In this document: one piece after another, positions 1 to 14,500 of the stretch
Numbering within the stretch: position 1 is the first letter of the stretch
How the letters are laid out: the number at the start of each line of letters is the position of its first letter
DNA from: Macrostomum lignano
Lineage: Eukaryota
NCBI GenBank assembly: GCA_002269645.1
Contig: NIVC01001145.1
Location: 186,001-250,000 of the forward strand
Reading direction: 5' to 3'
DNA: 64,000 nt
The notes under the pieces: model-generated
The model's database searches: none
What the model was told of the DNA's origin: nothing
What the model saw: only the letters and a program-made list of their open reading frames with translations
Translations under genes and position numbers: made by a program

Positions 1-572
<572 letters not shown>

Positions 573-616
573 TAGCAAACCAAGCCTCATGAACTCATGA
601 AATCTGTCAACTGCAG

Positions 617-768
617 TGAACTTCGTGGACTTTCTCCGTGACCTTGTGGTGTACTCTGCCTACTACCCGGAGCTGAGGGCCTTCAAGCCGCTGGTTGACC
701 AGGCTGTGCAGAACTACGAGCTGTGCCGCTACGTCACCTGCTCTACTGACTACCTCGGCCCTGGCTGA
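617..768 (+). CDS. Terminal coding exon of an unidentified gene; upstream exons are outside the window
   Basis: Acceptor ctgcag| at 616, phase 1. GC3-rich codons read [49 protein letters not shown], with TGA at 766-768. Family not recognised. Confidence 0.65.
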
Positions 769-1384
769 TGACGAGGCGTCAAGACAGCTGAGGTCGATGG
801 AAACTTAACCGAAAAAAATTTTAAGCAGCGAAAAGATTGTCTTTAAAAACATTCTACTCGTTTTCTTTTCTCGGACAGAAACCGCTGAGAAGTGTCTGCA
901 GTTCGATAGAATTAATAATACAATGTGAATTGTTCTAAGCAAACATTGCTCTCTGAGCACATCGCTTCAACTTCGAATTTGCGATTCCCAACTTATTGTT
1001 GATAAAATGGGGTCAGATTTTGTTTTATCGTTAAAATATTAGCTGAAGATCATGGTAATAGAAATAAATTTCTTGAAATCTGACTTCAGGAGCATCGCAG
1101 CAATATTTAGTCCCAATTGCGTTGGTGAATTACCTCATTTGTCCGTGTCCAATTTCTTTAAGTATAAAGACTGAGATAAGCCTTTTTAATATTGAATGAA
1201 CGAGTTACCAGTTAGTTTTGCTTTAAATAACAAATTGCAGTTGAGTCCTGTACGCGGTCGCCATGTTGCTCCCAGTAATTTTGAGTTCACATCGCTCACA
1301 TGTCACAAGACTGAAATGTCGAAGGTTGATAGGTTGAAATATCAGATTTGTGACAACATTTGAACTCACAAGGTTGACTCACTG

Positions 1385-1848
1385 GGTGTTCCAATGACTG
1401 GGTTCCAGTGACTTTGTTCCAATGACTGGTTTCCAGTGACTTTGTTCCAATGACTGGTTTCCAGTGACTGGGTTCTGATTACTGGGTTCCAGTGACTAGG
1501 TTCCAATGACTGGGTGTTCAATGACTGGGTTCCAGTGACTGGATTTCAGCGACTGGGTTCCAATGTTCCAGTGACTGGGTTCCAATGACTAGGTTCCAGT
1601 GACTGAGTTCCAGTGACTGGGTTCCAGTGACTCGGTTCCAGTGACTGGGTTCCAATGACTAGGTTCCAGTGACTGAGTTCCAGTGACTGGGTTCCAGTGA
1701 CTCGGTTCCAATGACTGGGTTCCAATAACTGGGTTCCAGTGACTGAGTTCCAATGACTGGGTTCCAGTGACTGAGTTCCAGTGACTCGGTTCCAGTGACT
1801 GGGTGTCAATGACTGGGTTCCAGTGACTGGGTTCCAATGACTCTGCGT
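1385..1848. repeat. Minisatellite of about 14-15 bp (TGACTGGGTTCCAG/A)
   Basis: Read directly; it produces the SHWNPVTGTQSLEP pseudo-ORFs. Confidence 0.95.
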
Positions 1849-3563
1849 TGTCTCAAAATTGAGCCTTGAGCCAATGCCATCGGCATCCAAAAGTTTGACT
1901 CCATGCAGCATCCCGAAAGGTGCATATTTGATGAAGAACTGATAAACCCGTGTGCTTGCCGAGATAGAGCGGGTTGGGGAGGGTGTTTCACTTCAACCGC
2001 AACTTCACTTCGATAGTGGATGCTTAAAACTGATGTGAAATTTAGGTCATGGGAAAGCGTCCCAGAGATGTGCGTATTGTTTGCTGTCAAATTGGCTTTC
2101 ATACCTGTACATTGTAGTTAATCCCGGATTAAATTCAACTTCGTATCCATGCACTCATATTAGACCTGTTGATGATGGCATGCTGACGCAGGAGAGACGG
2201 AGAGAGAGAGAGAAAGAGAGAGAGGGAGTTCAGATTCTGAAGAAGGCGCATGTTGGCACGTGCCAAATACAATTTCTAGTGCTGTTTGCTCAGGCCCAGA
2301 TGCTCGAGAACTAATGTTAGCTCACCTGTCTACCTGTTCGCTACTTGCTAATGAGCTATATGCTTTTAGTACTAGAAACACCTTATAATTATTGCAACTA
2401 TACGAAATAAACTTGGCCGCTTTCAATAGCAATAGTGAAATTTTCTATTTTGCTTCAACTTTTCTCGACTGCTTGTCTCTGCTTTTATTTGGAGTTCTAA
2501 AGTTCCCCATCTACATTAGCTGATTGTAGCTGACGTCTGTCTTAGTTTTTGCCAGTCTCTCAAATTTCAAAGACTCATGAGGTATGCTTGTCACCAAAAT
2601 CATTTTTTTAAAAGGCCTCTTGGCACTTTGGTAACATCGTCCTAGCATACAATGCTGTACGCAGCATTTGAGGAGTGAATTGGCCCTCAGGTGCATAACC
2701 AATTTTCATGCACACAAGCACTTTAAAGGCCTTTGGAAACAGTGGTCTTCTATCTATCTCCTCAGCTGCTTTTTTAAAAGACGGTTTTTAGATGAAATCC
2801 GAAACTGTCTTCAGTTTTGCTTTTTTTGCCTGTCTCCAAAAATAACTTCTCAGAGACAAACTTGCGGATCAAGATTTGGCCAGAGCGTGTCTACTGCAGT
2901 GTTTATATACCACATTTTATTTTCGTGTTATTTGCACTTTATTTTAAAATTTCGAAAAAATTTTCCGCCTGAGTTTTGCCGGGGTAAAAAAAAAATTTTG
3001 TTTGCATTGCATCATAGTTGATGAGTATCTGTGCCTGTTTTATCGCATCTCAGTTGATGGGCATCTCTCCCTCTCCCGCTCTCTCTCTCTCTCTCGATTT
3101 CGTGTGACAATAATCCATGGGATAAGGATTACGGCGCATTGTGTCAGTACCCTCTCCTCCCGCGGCCAACTTCCGCTTGAGTGGGCGTCTGAGCATGCCG
3201 GATTGCCTCTTCTTCTCCTATCTGTCGACGTATTCGAAGGTAGTCTAAATTTAGCTGGCTGACTATCAATAACTGCAGTGCACGAGCAGACGGCAGAGAT
3301 CTACTCCGGATGACACACTTCTGTTGCAATCTCGCGTTGCAATATCTTATTACGGTATTCATTGATGCGAAGACTTCTGCGGCAGTGAAGATTACCTTTT
3401 TATCTCTCGATAATGCCATGAGTTGACGCGAGGAGTGATGTGAAAAAAATTATTGCTACTGTTGGATATTTTGAGTTCTTTAAGTTTTGCTGCTTACAAT
3501 TCTTTCATATAAATGATTTGTGCTTTTCCACTGCTGTGTCTGATATTTTCCAACTCTTACGAG

Positions 3564-5071
3564 TATCAATAGGTACTGACAACCCTTATCAATAGGTACT
3601 GACAACCCTTATCAATAGGTGCTGACAACCCTTATCAATAGGTGCTGACAATCCTTATCAATAGGTACTGACAACCCTTATCAATAGGTACTGACAACCC
3701 TTATCAATAGGTACTGACAACTCTTATCAATAGGTACTGACAACTCTTATCAATAGGTACTGACAACCATTATCAATAGGTACTGACAACCCTTATCAAT
3801 AGGTGCTGACAACCCTTATCAATAGGTACTGACAACTCTTATCAATAGGTACTGACAACTCTTATCAATAGGTACTGACAACCATTATCAATAGGTACTG
3901 ACAACCCTTATCAATAGGTGCTGACAACCCTTATCAATAGGTGCTGACAACCCTTATCAATAGGTACTGACAACCCTTATCAATAGGTGCTGACAACCCT
4001 TATCAATAGGTACTGACAACTCTTATCAATAGGTACTGACAACCCTTATCAATAGGTACTGACAACCCTTATCAATAGGTGCTGACAATCCTTATCAATA
4101 GGTACTGACAACCCTTATCAATAAGTATTGACAACCCTTATCAATAGGTACTGACAACCCTTATCAATAGGTGCTGACAACCCTTATCAATAGGTGCTGA
4201 CAACCCTTATCAATAGGTACTGACAACTCTTATCAATAAGTATTGACAACCCTTATCAATAGGTACTGACAACCCTTATCAATAGGTGCTGACAACCCTT
4301 ATCAATAGGTGCTGACAACCCTTATCAATAGGTGCTGACAACCCTTATCAATAGGTGCTGACAACCCTTATCAATAGGTGCTGACAACCCTTATCAATAG
4401 GTACTGACAACCCTTATCAATAGGTGCTGACAACCCTTATCAATAGGTACTGACAATCCTTATCAATAGGTACTGACAACTCTTATCAATAAGTATTGAC
4501 AACCCTTATCAATAGGTACTGACAACCCTTATCAATAGGTGCTGACAACCCTTATCAATAGGTGCTGACAACCCTTATCAATAGGTACTGACAACCCTTA
4601 TCAATAAGTATTGACAACCCTTATCAATGGTACTAACAACCCTTATCAATAGGTGCTGACAACCCTTATCAATAGGTATACTGACAACTCTTATCAATAA
4701 GTATTGACAACCCTTATCAATAGGTACTGACAACCCTTATCAATAGGTGCTGACAACCCTTATCAATAGGTGCTGACAACCCTTATCAATAGGTGCTGAC
4801 AACCCTTATCAATAGGTATTGACAACCCTTATGAATAAGTATTGACAACCCTTATCAATAGGTACTGACAACCCTTATCAATAGGTGCTGACAACCCTTA
4901 TCAATAGGTACTGACAACCCTTATCAATAAGTATTAACAACCCTTATCAATAGGTATTGACAACCCTTATCAATAGGTACTGACAGCCCTTATCAATAGG
5001 TGCTGACAACCCTTATCAATAGGTACTGACAATCCTTATTAATAGGTATACTGACAACCCTTGTCAATAGG
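3564..5071. repeat. 23-bp minisatellite AATAGGTACTGACAACCCTTATC
   Basis: About 65 near-identical units. Confidence 0.97.
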
Positions 5072-5935
5072 AGGTACTGCAATAAATACGCTTATAAAGA
5101 GACTAATAAGTAAACAATGCTACTTGAAGTAGCAGCTCAAGTATATGACGAATAGAAATGCCTGGGCTGGACGAGAAACTATACCTTGAAATAATATTTT
5201 CATTCAAATATCAGATTTCCTTTGTCTGGGCCAGTTCGTAAATTCAACTCAAAGCAAAGCAAAGCCACTTCTAGAAACTCAAAAACTGCTGCAGTTGAGA
5301 AGTGAAGTTCTCTCTCAAGTGCTGCAGCTCTTACGCATACAATTTTTATTAGAAATTTGATCATGCTCAACTTGTGAAGTTAGTATATAGAAAATAAAGC
5401 AAGCAACTGACTCTTCTAACGTCACTAATACGAGTTGACCGGTTGAGGGAAGTCAACACAATTGAATGAGTTGAAGCAGGAGAGGTCCATGAGGGGAGTC
5501 CAGCACTCGCGCACGCTCAAACAACAGTGGTTCGACGGGTCAGTAAGTGTGTTTGGTACATGTATGTAAAGTTTACTTGACCCCGAGAGCGGCCACATTC
5601 ATTTGGGGCTTCTGGGCAAGACAATTGGTTTTTACACCTGAGGACCAACCCCCAAGGCACAGAGAGAGAGTACATGCTCGACGATTAGAAAGTCAGAAAT
5701 TTTTCACGGTGGGGGATACAACTGGTGAGGCTATACTGCTTCCTCAGTATTGCGTAAAGTAACTTTCATAAACTTCATAACTTCAGCTTCCTCAGCTGTT
5801 TGTTAACAGGGGATAATTGATGGATTCAAAGATCGAAAATATAGTATACAAACAAAGATATCGGTAAAAATTATACTGCTCAAGTGCGGTTTATCCTACC
5901 AGTTCTATCCCAGTTTTATATGAGTACTATAATTG

Positions 5936-7257
5936 TTTAGCGCCACAGGTACTCATTTTAGCGCCGCAGGCACTCATTTTAGCGCTGCAGGCACTCATTT
6001 TAGCGCTGCAGGCACTCATTTTAGCGCCGCAGGCACTCATTTTAGCGCCGCAGACACTCATTTTAGCGCCACAGGCACTCGTAGCGCCAAAGGCACTCAT
6101 TTTAGCGCCGCAGGCACTCATTTTAGCGCCGCAGGCACTCATTTTAGCGCCGCAGGCACTCATTTTAGCGCCGCAGGCACTCATTTTAGCGCCGCAGGCA
6201 GTCATTTTAGCGCCGCAGGCACTCATTTTAGCGCCGCAGGCACTCATTTTAGCGCCGCAGGCAGTCATTTTAGCGCTGCAGGCACTCATTTTAGAGCTGC
6301 TGGCACTCATTTTAGCGCCGCAGGCACTCATTTTAGCGCTGCAGGCACTCATTTTGGCGCCGCAGGCACTCGTAGCGCCAAAGGCACTCATTTTAGCGCC
6401 GCAGGCACTCATTTTAGCGCCGCAGGCACTCATTTTAGCGCTGCAGGCACTCATTTTAGCGCTGCAGGCACTCATTTTAGCGCCGCAGGCACTCATTTTA
6501 GCGCCGCAGACACTCATTTTAGCGCCACAGGCACTCGTAGCGCCAAAGGCACTCATTTTAGCGCCGCAGGCACTCATTTTAGCGCCGCAGGCACTCATTT
6601 TAGCGCCGCAGGCAGTCATTTTAGCGCTGCAGGCACTCATTTTAGAGCTGCTGGCACTCATTTTAGCGCCGCAGGCACTCATTTTAGCGCTGCAGGCACT
6701 CATTTTGGCGCCGCAGGCACTCGTAGCGCCAAAGGCACTCATTTTAGCGCCGCAGGCACTCATTTTAGCGCCGCAGGCAGTCATTTTAGCGCTGCTGGCA
6801 CTCATTTTAGCGCCGCAGGCACTCATTTTAGCGCCGCAGGCACTCATTTTAGCGCCGCAGGCACTCATTTTAGCGCCGCAGGCACTCATTTTAGCGCCGC
6901 AGGCAGTCATTTTAGCGCCGCAGGCACTCATTTTGGCGCTGCAGGCACTCATTTTAGCGCCGTAGACACTCATTTTAGCGCTGCAGGCACTCATTTTAGC
7001 GCCGCAGGCACTCATTTTAGCGCCGCAGGCACTCATTTTAGCGCCGCAGGCACTCATTTTAGCGTCGCAGGCACTCATTTTAGCGCCGCAGGCACTCATT
7101 TTAGCGCTGCAGGCACTCATTTTAGCGCTGCTGCTACTCATTTTGGCGTCGCAGGCACTCATTTTAGCGCTGCTGCTACTCATTTTGGCGTCGCAGGCAC
7201 TCATTTTAGCGCCGCAGGCACTCATTTTGGCACCGCAGGCACTCATTTTAGCGCTGC
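5936..7257. repeat. 21-bp minisatellite GGCACTCATTTTAGCGCCGCA with an 18-bp variant unit
   Basis: Read directly. The unit is a multiple of 3, which explains the 439/448-aa ORFs on both strands. Confidence 0.97.
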
Positions 7258-8517
7258 CTCGATTTCATTGCTCAACTAAAAAAAAGCTTTTTAAGAAAGG
7301 GAAACAGTTTAGTTTGAATGGCCATTCATCAAGCAGTCAATTGGAAGCATTTAATGTGTATTGACTGAGGCTTAAGCTTGGAATTATAGTTGCAGTATAT
7401 ACTACTGATGGTTTATTTAAGTATGAAATGGAAACTTTTCAATACAGATGCACACTTAAGGCACAGTGTGTACAGATATATACATAATATACATATATAT
7501 AATAGATATCTTATTTGCAAGACAGTGTACATGCAAGCATGATGGGAGAGAAAGGGACGCTTCAGCAATTTTTTTCTTCAGTTTAGTAAATTTTTGTCAT
7601 TACATGCAGAAGTTTTTATTACGCTAACATCGAGCTGCCTTTTTAATAGTGCCTGCTGTACTTGTACATCCTGGTAGAGACAAAAATACGATAGTGCGAG
7701 TCAAAGCGCTTTTAAGAATTAAGGATTAGCAATACAAAGTCAGAATTCAATTCAAGAGGTAGCCATCCCACCAGCGTCTGATCTTAGGGAGTCCCTATGG
7801 ATCTTAGGGAGGCTCAGATCAAGGTAAGGGCCGCTAGGATTTTAAAAGAATTTTTAGATGAGACTTCACAGTTCTTTCTCTAGTTTCAGAGGGAGCTGCA
7901 CTAGATTTTCTTAGAAATTCTTAGTACGCTGTGGAGTAATAAGATTATTCTCAACCACTCAGCACATTTGCGTGTAAGCTACTTTCAGTTCAGTAGTAAG
8001 TTAAACTAAAGCATTTTAATGTATTTTTGAAGTCAAGGTTCGTTTATTGGCTCTTACCCCCACTTAAACCTCCAACCGCGCCTTTCCACACTACCCCCCC
8101 CCGACCCGCCCCAATTTTTATTGCCTTAACTCGGAATTCCAGCCTAAAGCTGCTATGTACATTTCAGTGACTAAATGTACATTATTGCTGAACCAATTAG
8201 CAAGCTGTTTACGCCAGCAATCTTGGGCTTCTAAACTTATCAAAGTCATTTCAGCCGCCTTTTTTCTTATAAAATAGCTTAATGTATTCTTCTTTGCTAC
8301 TCAACTGAAAGTAGAAAGCTGTTTTACTAAGTATCTATGCCTCAGTGGCCCATCCAGCTATATATTTTAGTATCTGTGTTCTCAACCGAATTTGTTTTTA
8401 AGGCAAAACCCATACTAAATGCACTACTAGCGACACGACAAATATTTCTAGGAGTATCCAGTGCAAGCTTCATTCACTTCCTCATTCAGTTGTCCATGAG
8501 CCACTGATGTAGTCCAA

Positions 8518-11500
8518 TCAGCTGGACATGATCTCGTCAATACTGAAACCCGACCGTTTCGTAGTTGGCCGACTTGATCCTGCGGTCAGACACAGGTGCG
8601 CTTGCGTCGCCGAGGCCGCACCCCAGCCAAAGTAATTGAACGGATGATAGAAGCTTGATGACGTCATCATCGCCTCGTGGAGTTGAATTCGACTCCAGTA
8701 GTTTGCAGCCGCAGTTGCCGAGTGGTCTGGCAAATCCCTGAAGTACATTTGCTGATGCTGCTGCCGGCACAGGTCAGACAGTGGCGCTCCAGCCGCGGTG
8801 GCCGCTGAACTCCGGGCTGGCTGCTGCGGCGGCAACGCCCTGTTCGGCTGCGGACGCTTCAAGGTTGAGTAGAAGTCTGCGGAAGGGTTGGGGGGGGGTT
8901 GAAGTTAGGTAACTCATAAGCATCTTCGCAGCTATGGATTTCGCATGAGTGAGATTGTCACAAATGAGATTTGTAGGGTTGAGATTCTATAGATGCGATT
9001 CTTAGGTTTTAATGAAAGGGTGAGATTCTATGGCCGGATGCGACTCTCAGGTTAACTGTGAGATTCTTCGGATGAGACTCTAAGGTAAAGGGTGAGATTC
9101 TACGGATGAGATTCTCAGATAACGTGTGAGATGCTACGGATAAGATTCTCAAGTAAAGGGTGAGATTCTACAGATGAGACTCTAAGGTAAAGGGTGAGAT
9201 TCGACGGATGAGATTCTCAGGTAAAGGGTGAGATTCTATAGATGAGATTCTCAGTTAAAGGGTGAGATTCTATGGATGAAGTTCTCTGCTAAAGATTGAG
9301 ATTATCTGGAGGAAGGGTGAGATTCTCACTGATAAGATAGAGTCTAATGAAGTGGGATTCTGATTGTTTCTCTAAATAACGGGCATTGGGCCGTATGCAG
9401 AAAGCTCTGTCTAGGGTAGTCCGGTCTTGAAAGCTAGTCTGGACTTAAATTTGGTATGCAGAAGCGCAAAGTTAGACCAGTCTACTATAGACAGAACTAG
9501 GGTAGCTGGACCATAGACCATAGACTGAATTACCCAAGTCCGGACTAGCTAGTCTGGACTAGGCTTTCTGCATACGGCCCATTGTGAGTGACGTGAGTGA
9601 GTTTATCGTCGAACTTCGAAAGAGGAAGATCAACGACAGCGTTTTCATAGATTCACTAATCTGAACAAGCCCTAGCAACAACAAAGACCACACTGTGTCC
9701 CAAATGCAACCCAGTGAGTGGAACAAAGACGAAAGCCTACTAAATCAACTTCAGCGACCAGCGTGGAAAAATTGAAGGGCCCAGCAAACAAAGACCTGCC
9801 TGCAAGAGAGTCAGAGACTACCTGGAGAGCAATTTATAAGTTTGTTTACTGTAATCTGAAGTGGGGAAACCATTTTACGGTTAAATGTGAAATGGCCTGT
9901 GCAAACCGTTAACTCGGTCAATAAAGGTCAGCAAAAGTTAAAAATGAGGCATGAGAGTTGGGTGTTTTACTGATTGATGAACGATAATTTTTCATCGCTT
10001 ACTTAGTTACTAACTGTCCCGAATGAAGTGTGGCTCGTCAGTTCGTGGCTGTTTATAACTAGGAAGGGGTCTGTCCACATTTCACGCACATCAAGCACAG
10101 CACAGCTCGTAAGGCACTGCGGTCTCCGCACGAAAAAGTTAACACTACCTGACCCAATCCGATCAAGTAGTGGATAAAACCCCATTTGACAGAAAATACT
10201 TTCACAGTAAATCCACTTCTGTGATACTTTTAGCAGACTAATTTAAAATTTGAAGTTTAGGACTTGTACAGTTTAGGTCTTGTGAAGTTTAGGTTGTGAA
10301 GTTTAGGTCTTGTGAAATTTAGGTCTCTTGAAGTTTAGGTCTTGTGCAGTTTAGGTCTCGTGAAGTTTGGGTCTTGTGCAGTTTAGGTCTTGTGAAATTT
10401 AGGTCTCGTGAAGTTTAGGTCTTGTGCAGTTTAGGTCTTGTGCAGTTTAGGTCTTGTGAAGTGAAGTTTAGGTCTTGTGCAGTTTAGGTCTTTTGAAGTC
10501 TAGGTCATGGTAAAGTTTAGGTCATGGTAAAGTTTAGGTCTTGTGCAATTTAGGTCTCGTGAAGTTTAGGTCTTGTGCAGTTTAGGTCTTTTGAAGTTTA
10601 GGTCTTGTGCAGTTTAGGTCTTGTGAAGTGAAGTTTAGGTCTTGTGCAGTTTAAGTCTTGTGAAGTTTAGGTCTCGTGAAGTTTAGGTCTTTTGAAGTCT
10701 AGGTCATGGTAAAGTTTAGGTCATGGTAAAGTTTAGGTCATGGTAAAGTTTAGGTCTTGTGCAATTTAGGTCTCGAGAAGTTTAGGTCTTGTGCAGTTTA
10801 AGCCTCGTGAAGTTTAGGTCTTGTGAGATTAGGTCTTGTGAAATTGGATCCTTAAATATTTTAAATTTAAACGTTATAAAATTTAGATCTTGTGGAAGCG
10901 CCACCCTTAAAAAATTTGGTTCATCTAATGCGATTGTTTAACTCCCGACAGCAACGGTAACTTCCATGTTGCAAGGACCGCTACCCAGGACCCCTAGGTG
11001 ACTAATCGAAAATCGCTTGAATTTGAAAAGCCAGCAGGTTCCTTCTGTGAAAAATCGCGATGAAAAAGTCACCTCAGTGACGCCAATAAGTCGGCCACCT
11101 GTGTTTGGTTTTTTTGCCACCCGTCAAGCAGAGTGGGTGAGTCAATGAAGGATTTCAATAGCTGCGCATATCCTTGACTGTTGTATTTCAATACCACAAT
11201 AAAGAGCGCATTTTCCCCGATTTTTTTGGTTCTCGTCCGACCCGTGAAAAATATCTCCCTGCACCCAACCAGACCAGCTCCGTCCCTGCTGGCGCCGGCC
11301 GGTCTCGGGCGCGACATTATTGAGAGTGAGAGAGAGAGAGGTGGACAGAATAAATGGGGAGTATTATATTTTAGCACCAGCCAAAGAGAATTGGGGATTT
11401 GGGAAAGCTTTATTCAACCGACAACCCAGATCTGTTGGCGCCCTCACGCAAATGCAGACAGTCGCACCGCGCTGACGACTTCAAAAGCCCGTTGCGACAG

Positions 11501-14500
11501 GGTGGCGCCTCCGAAAATCCCCAGGCTTAATCAAACCGGAACTCCGACCCTCACCTCGCAACCCCCAATTACCCAGCAAGACCTGCTCTTCCAAGTTTAG
11601 ATCCGCCATAATGCGGAGATTTGCTTCTACCAGACGGTCTGAGGTGGGAAATTGTCTTATATTACAGACTGATATGATCTGGGCAATAATAGATATGCTC
11701 TTCAATTTCTCAGAAGTTTTTAAAGACTTTTGTGGTTTTATAGTTTTGATGATTACGAAGCTGAGAGAGAAGACAACTTGAACTGACTGACCTTGCAAGT
11801 CCTCTGATTTGCAGCTGGCGTCGAGGCATGAGCAACGATAAGACGAGGTCTCATCGGACAAGACGCTTCCGCAAGTGCTGCTGCAATTTCTGCTTTTCAC
11901 ATTTTTGTTGTTGTTGCAATCTCCTCCAAGGTGGACCGAAGATTCTGTTCGAGCAGCCGAGTAGCGACTCCTGCAATCAAACAAATGTTCTTTGAATTGA
12001 AGATTATTAAAAATTTTCATCTGAATCCACGAGTTGGAAACCAATCTGAATCCACGAGTTGGAAACCAATCTGAATCCACGAGTTGGAAACCAATCTGAA
12101 TCCACGAGTTGGAAACCAATCTGAATCCACGAGTTGGAAACCAATCTAAATCCACGAGTTGGAAACCAATCTGAATCCACGAGTTGGAAACCAATCTGAA
12201 TCCACGAGTTGGAAACCAATCTGAATCGAGTTGGAAACCAATCTGAATCGAGTTGGAAACCAATCTAAATCGAGTTGGAAACCAATCTAAATCGAGTTGG
12301 AAACCAATCTGAATCCACGAGTTGGAAACCAATCTGAATCCACGAGTTGGAAACCAATCTGAATCCACGAGTTGGAAACCAATCTGAATCGAGTTGGAAA
12401 CCAATCTGAATCGATGAGTTGGAAACCAATCTGAATCGAGTTGGAAACCAATCTGAATCGAGTTGGAAACCAATCTGAATCGAGTTGGAAACCAATCTGA
12501 ATCGAGTTGGAAACCAATCTGAATCGAGTTGGAAACCAATCTGAATCGAGTTGGAAACCAATCTGAATCGAGTTGGAAACCAATCTGAATCGAGTTGGAA
12601 ACCAATCTGAATCCACGAGCTGGAAACCAATCTGAATCCACGAGTTGGAAACCAATCTGAATCGATGAGTTGGAAACCAATCTGAATCCACGAATTGGAA
12701 ACCAATCTGAATCCACGAGTTGGAAACCAATCTGAATCCAGTTGTTCATCGGCAGGTGAGTCTGCGACCAACCTTTTGCAGTCCTTGCGAAGTGCGGCAG
12801 CCGCTTCGCGGAATCCTTTGGCAAACGGATTGTGGTCAATCTTCAGCTGGGTGATCTGAAAAAAATTAATGTCTACACAATAAAACTCATGGAATTAGAC
12901 ATTCGCAACTTGACAATTAGTCATGAATTATGATTTATAGCCTTACCTTGTCATTCTGATAAGCCGTTACCGCGATGAACGCTGTCTCGGCAAACTGGAA
13001 GGTGTCAATGCTGCGACTGAAAGCTAGCTGACTGACCTGGTCAGCTTGAGCAATGTAGAAGTTGATTACATATCGGTGCATACTGTTTAGCACGGCCTGC
13101 GGAGAGGTGGGGGAGAGGTTTTTCACTCAATTGACGTTGAAAAAAACCGACAGCTGTGAAAATGACATCCTGGCTGTGAAAATGACATCCTGGCTGTGAA
13201 AATGACATTCTGGCTGTGAAAATGACATCCTGGCTGTGAAAATGACATCCTGGCTGTGAAAATGACATTCTGGCTGTGAAAATGACATCCTGGCTGTGAA
13301 AATGACATCCTGGCTGTGAAAATGACATCCTAGCTGTGAAAATGGCATCCTAGCTGTGAAAATGACATCCTGGCTGTGAAAATGACATCCTAGCTGTGAA
13401 AATGGCATCCTAGCTGTGAAAATGGCATCTTTAACTTTGAAAATGGCATCCTAGCTGTGAAAATGGCATCCTAGCTGTGAAAGTGGCATCCTAGCTGTGA
13501 AAGTGGCATCCTAGCTGTGAAAGTGGCATCTTGGGTGTGAAAATGACATCCTGGGTGTGAAAATGACATCCTGGGTGTGAAAATGACATCCTGGGTGTGA
13601 AAATGACATCCTGGGTGTGAAAATGACATCCTGGGTGTGAAAATGACATCCTGGCTGTGAAAATGACATCCTAGCTGTGAAAATGACATCCTGGCTGTGA
13701 AAATGGCATCCTGGCTGTGAAAATGACATCCTAGCTGTGAAAATGGCATCCTAGCTGTGAAAATGGCATCTTTAACTTTGAAAATGGCATCTTTAACTTT
13801 GAAAATGGCATCCTAGCTGTGAAAATGGCATCCTAGCTGTGAAAATGGCATCTTTAACTTTGAAAATGGCTTCTTTGAATTACAAACCGTGCTTCTCTAT
13901 AAAAAGTGAAACTTTCCGAGAAAGTTATCCTTGAGAATTCTGTGACTGAACCCGAAAGCTCCAGCCCCAGGAATGCGTCAGGTACTCACGTATCCCTGCT
14001 TGTCGCACAGGTTGTTCGTCAGCTTCAGCTTGTGAAAAGACACCAGCCTTGCCATCCAGTGCTGTCCGGTGGCCGGACTGTCCGGATGAATGTACAGCCG
14101 CTTGGGCGGTTCCGGATCCGCTTTGCCAGCTGGTGTCCACCGACCCGACTGGAACTTGTAGCGGGCGCCGTCCGCTGGGGTGACTTCGACGGCCAACACG
14201 TAGTTTGAGTTGGGCTGGAGACCCGACAGTCGGAGGCGCAGAGCCGGGAACATCCGCCTGGAGTGAGGGGGGCGTGAGATGAATATTGATTTTTAATTCT
14301 CTCTGATGCCCCTTGCTTGAGACGGCAGTCTGTCGCACGATGACAGGGACTTTGACAGGCACTTTGACAGGCACTATGACAGGGACTTTGACAGGCACTA
14401 TGACAGACACTTTGAGAGGCACTATGACAGGCACTATGACAGACACTATGACAGACACTATGACAGGCACTATGACAGACACTATGACAGACACTTTGAG

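Noticed and set aside
1806-3419. Minus-strand ORFs 1806-2102, 2511-2702 and 3144-3419 as a possible hidden gene or transposase
   Set aside because: No recognisable motif, and I could not build a phase-consistent exon chain.
5927-7279. 439-aa and 448-aa ORFs on opposite strands
   Set aside because: They are translations of a 21-bp tandem repeat, with no splice context or domain.
11481-12839. 452-aa minus-strand ORF
   Set aside because: It is read-through across a satellite-filled intron; only 12855-12773 and 11970-11792 are true T-box exons.
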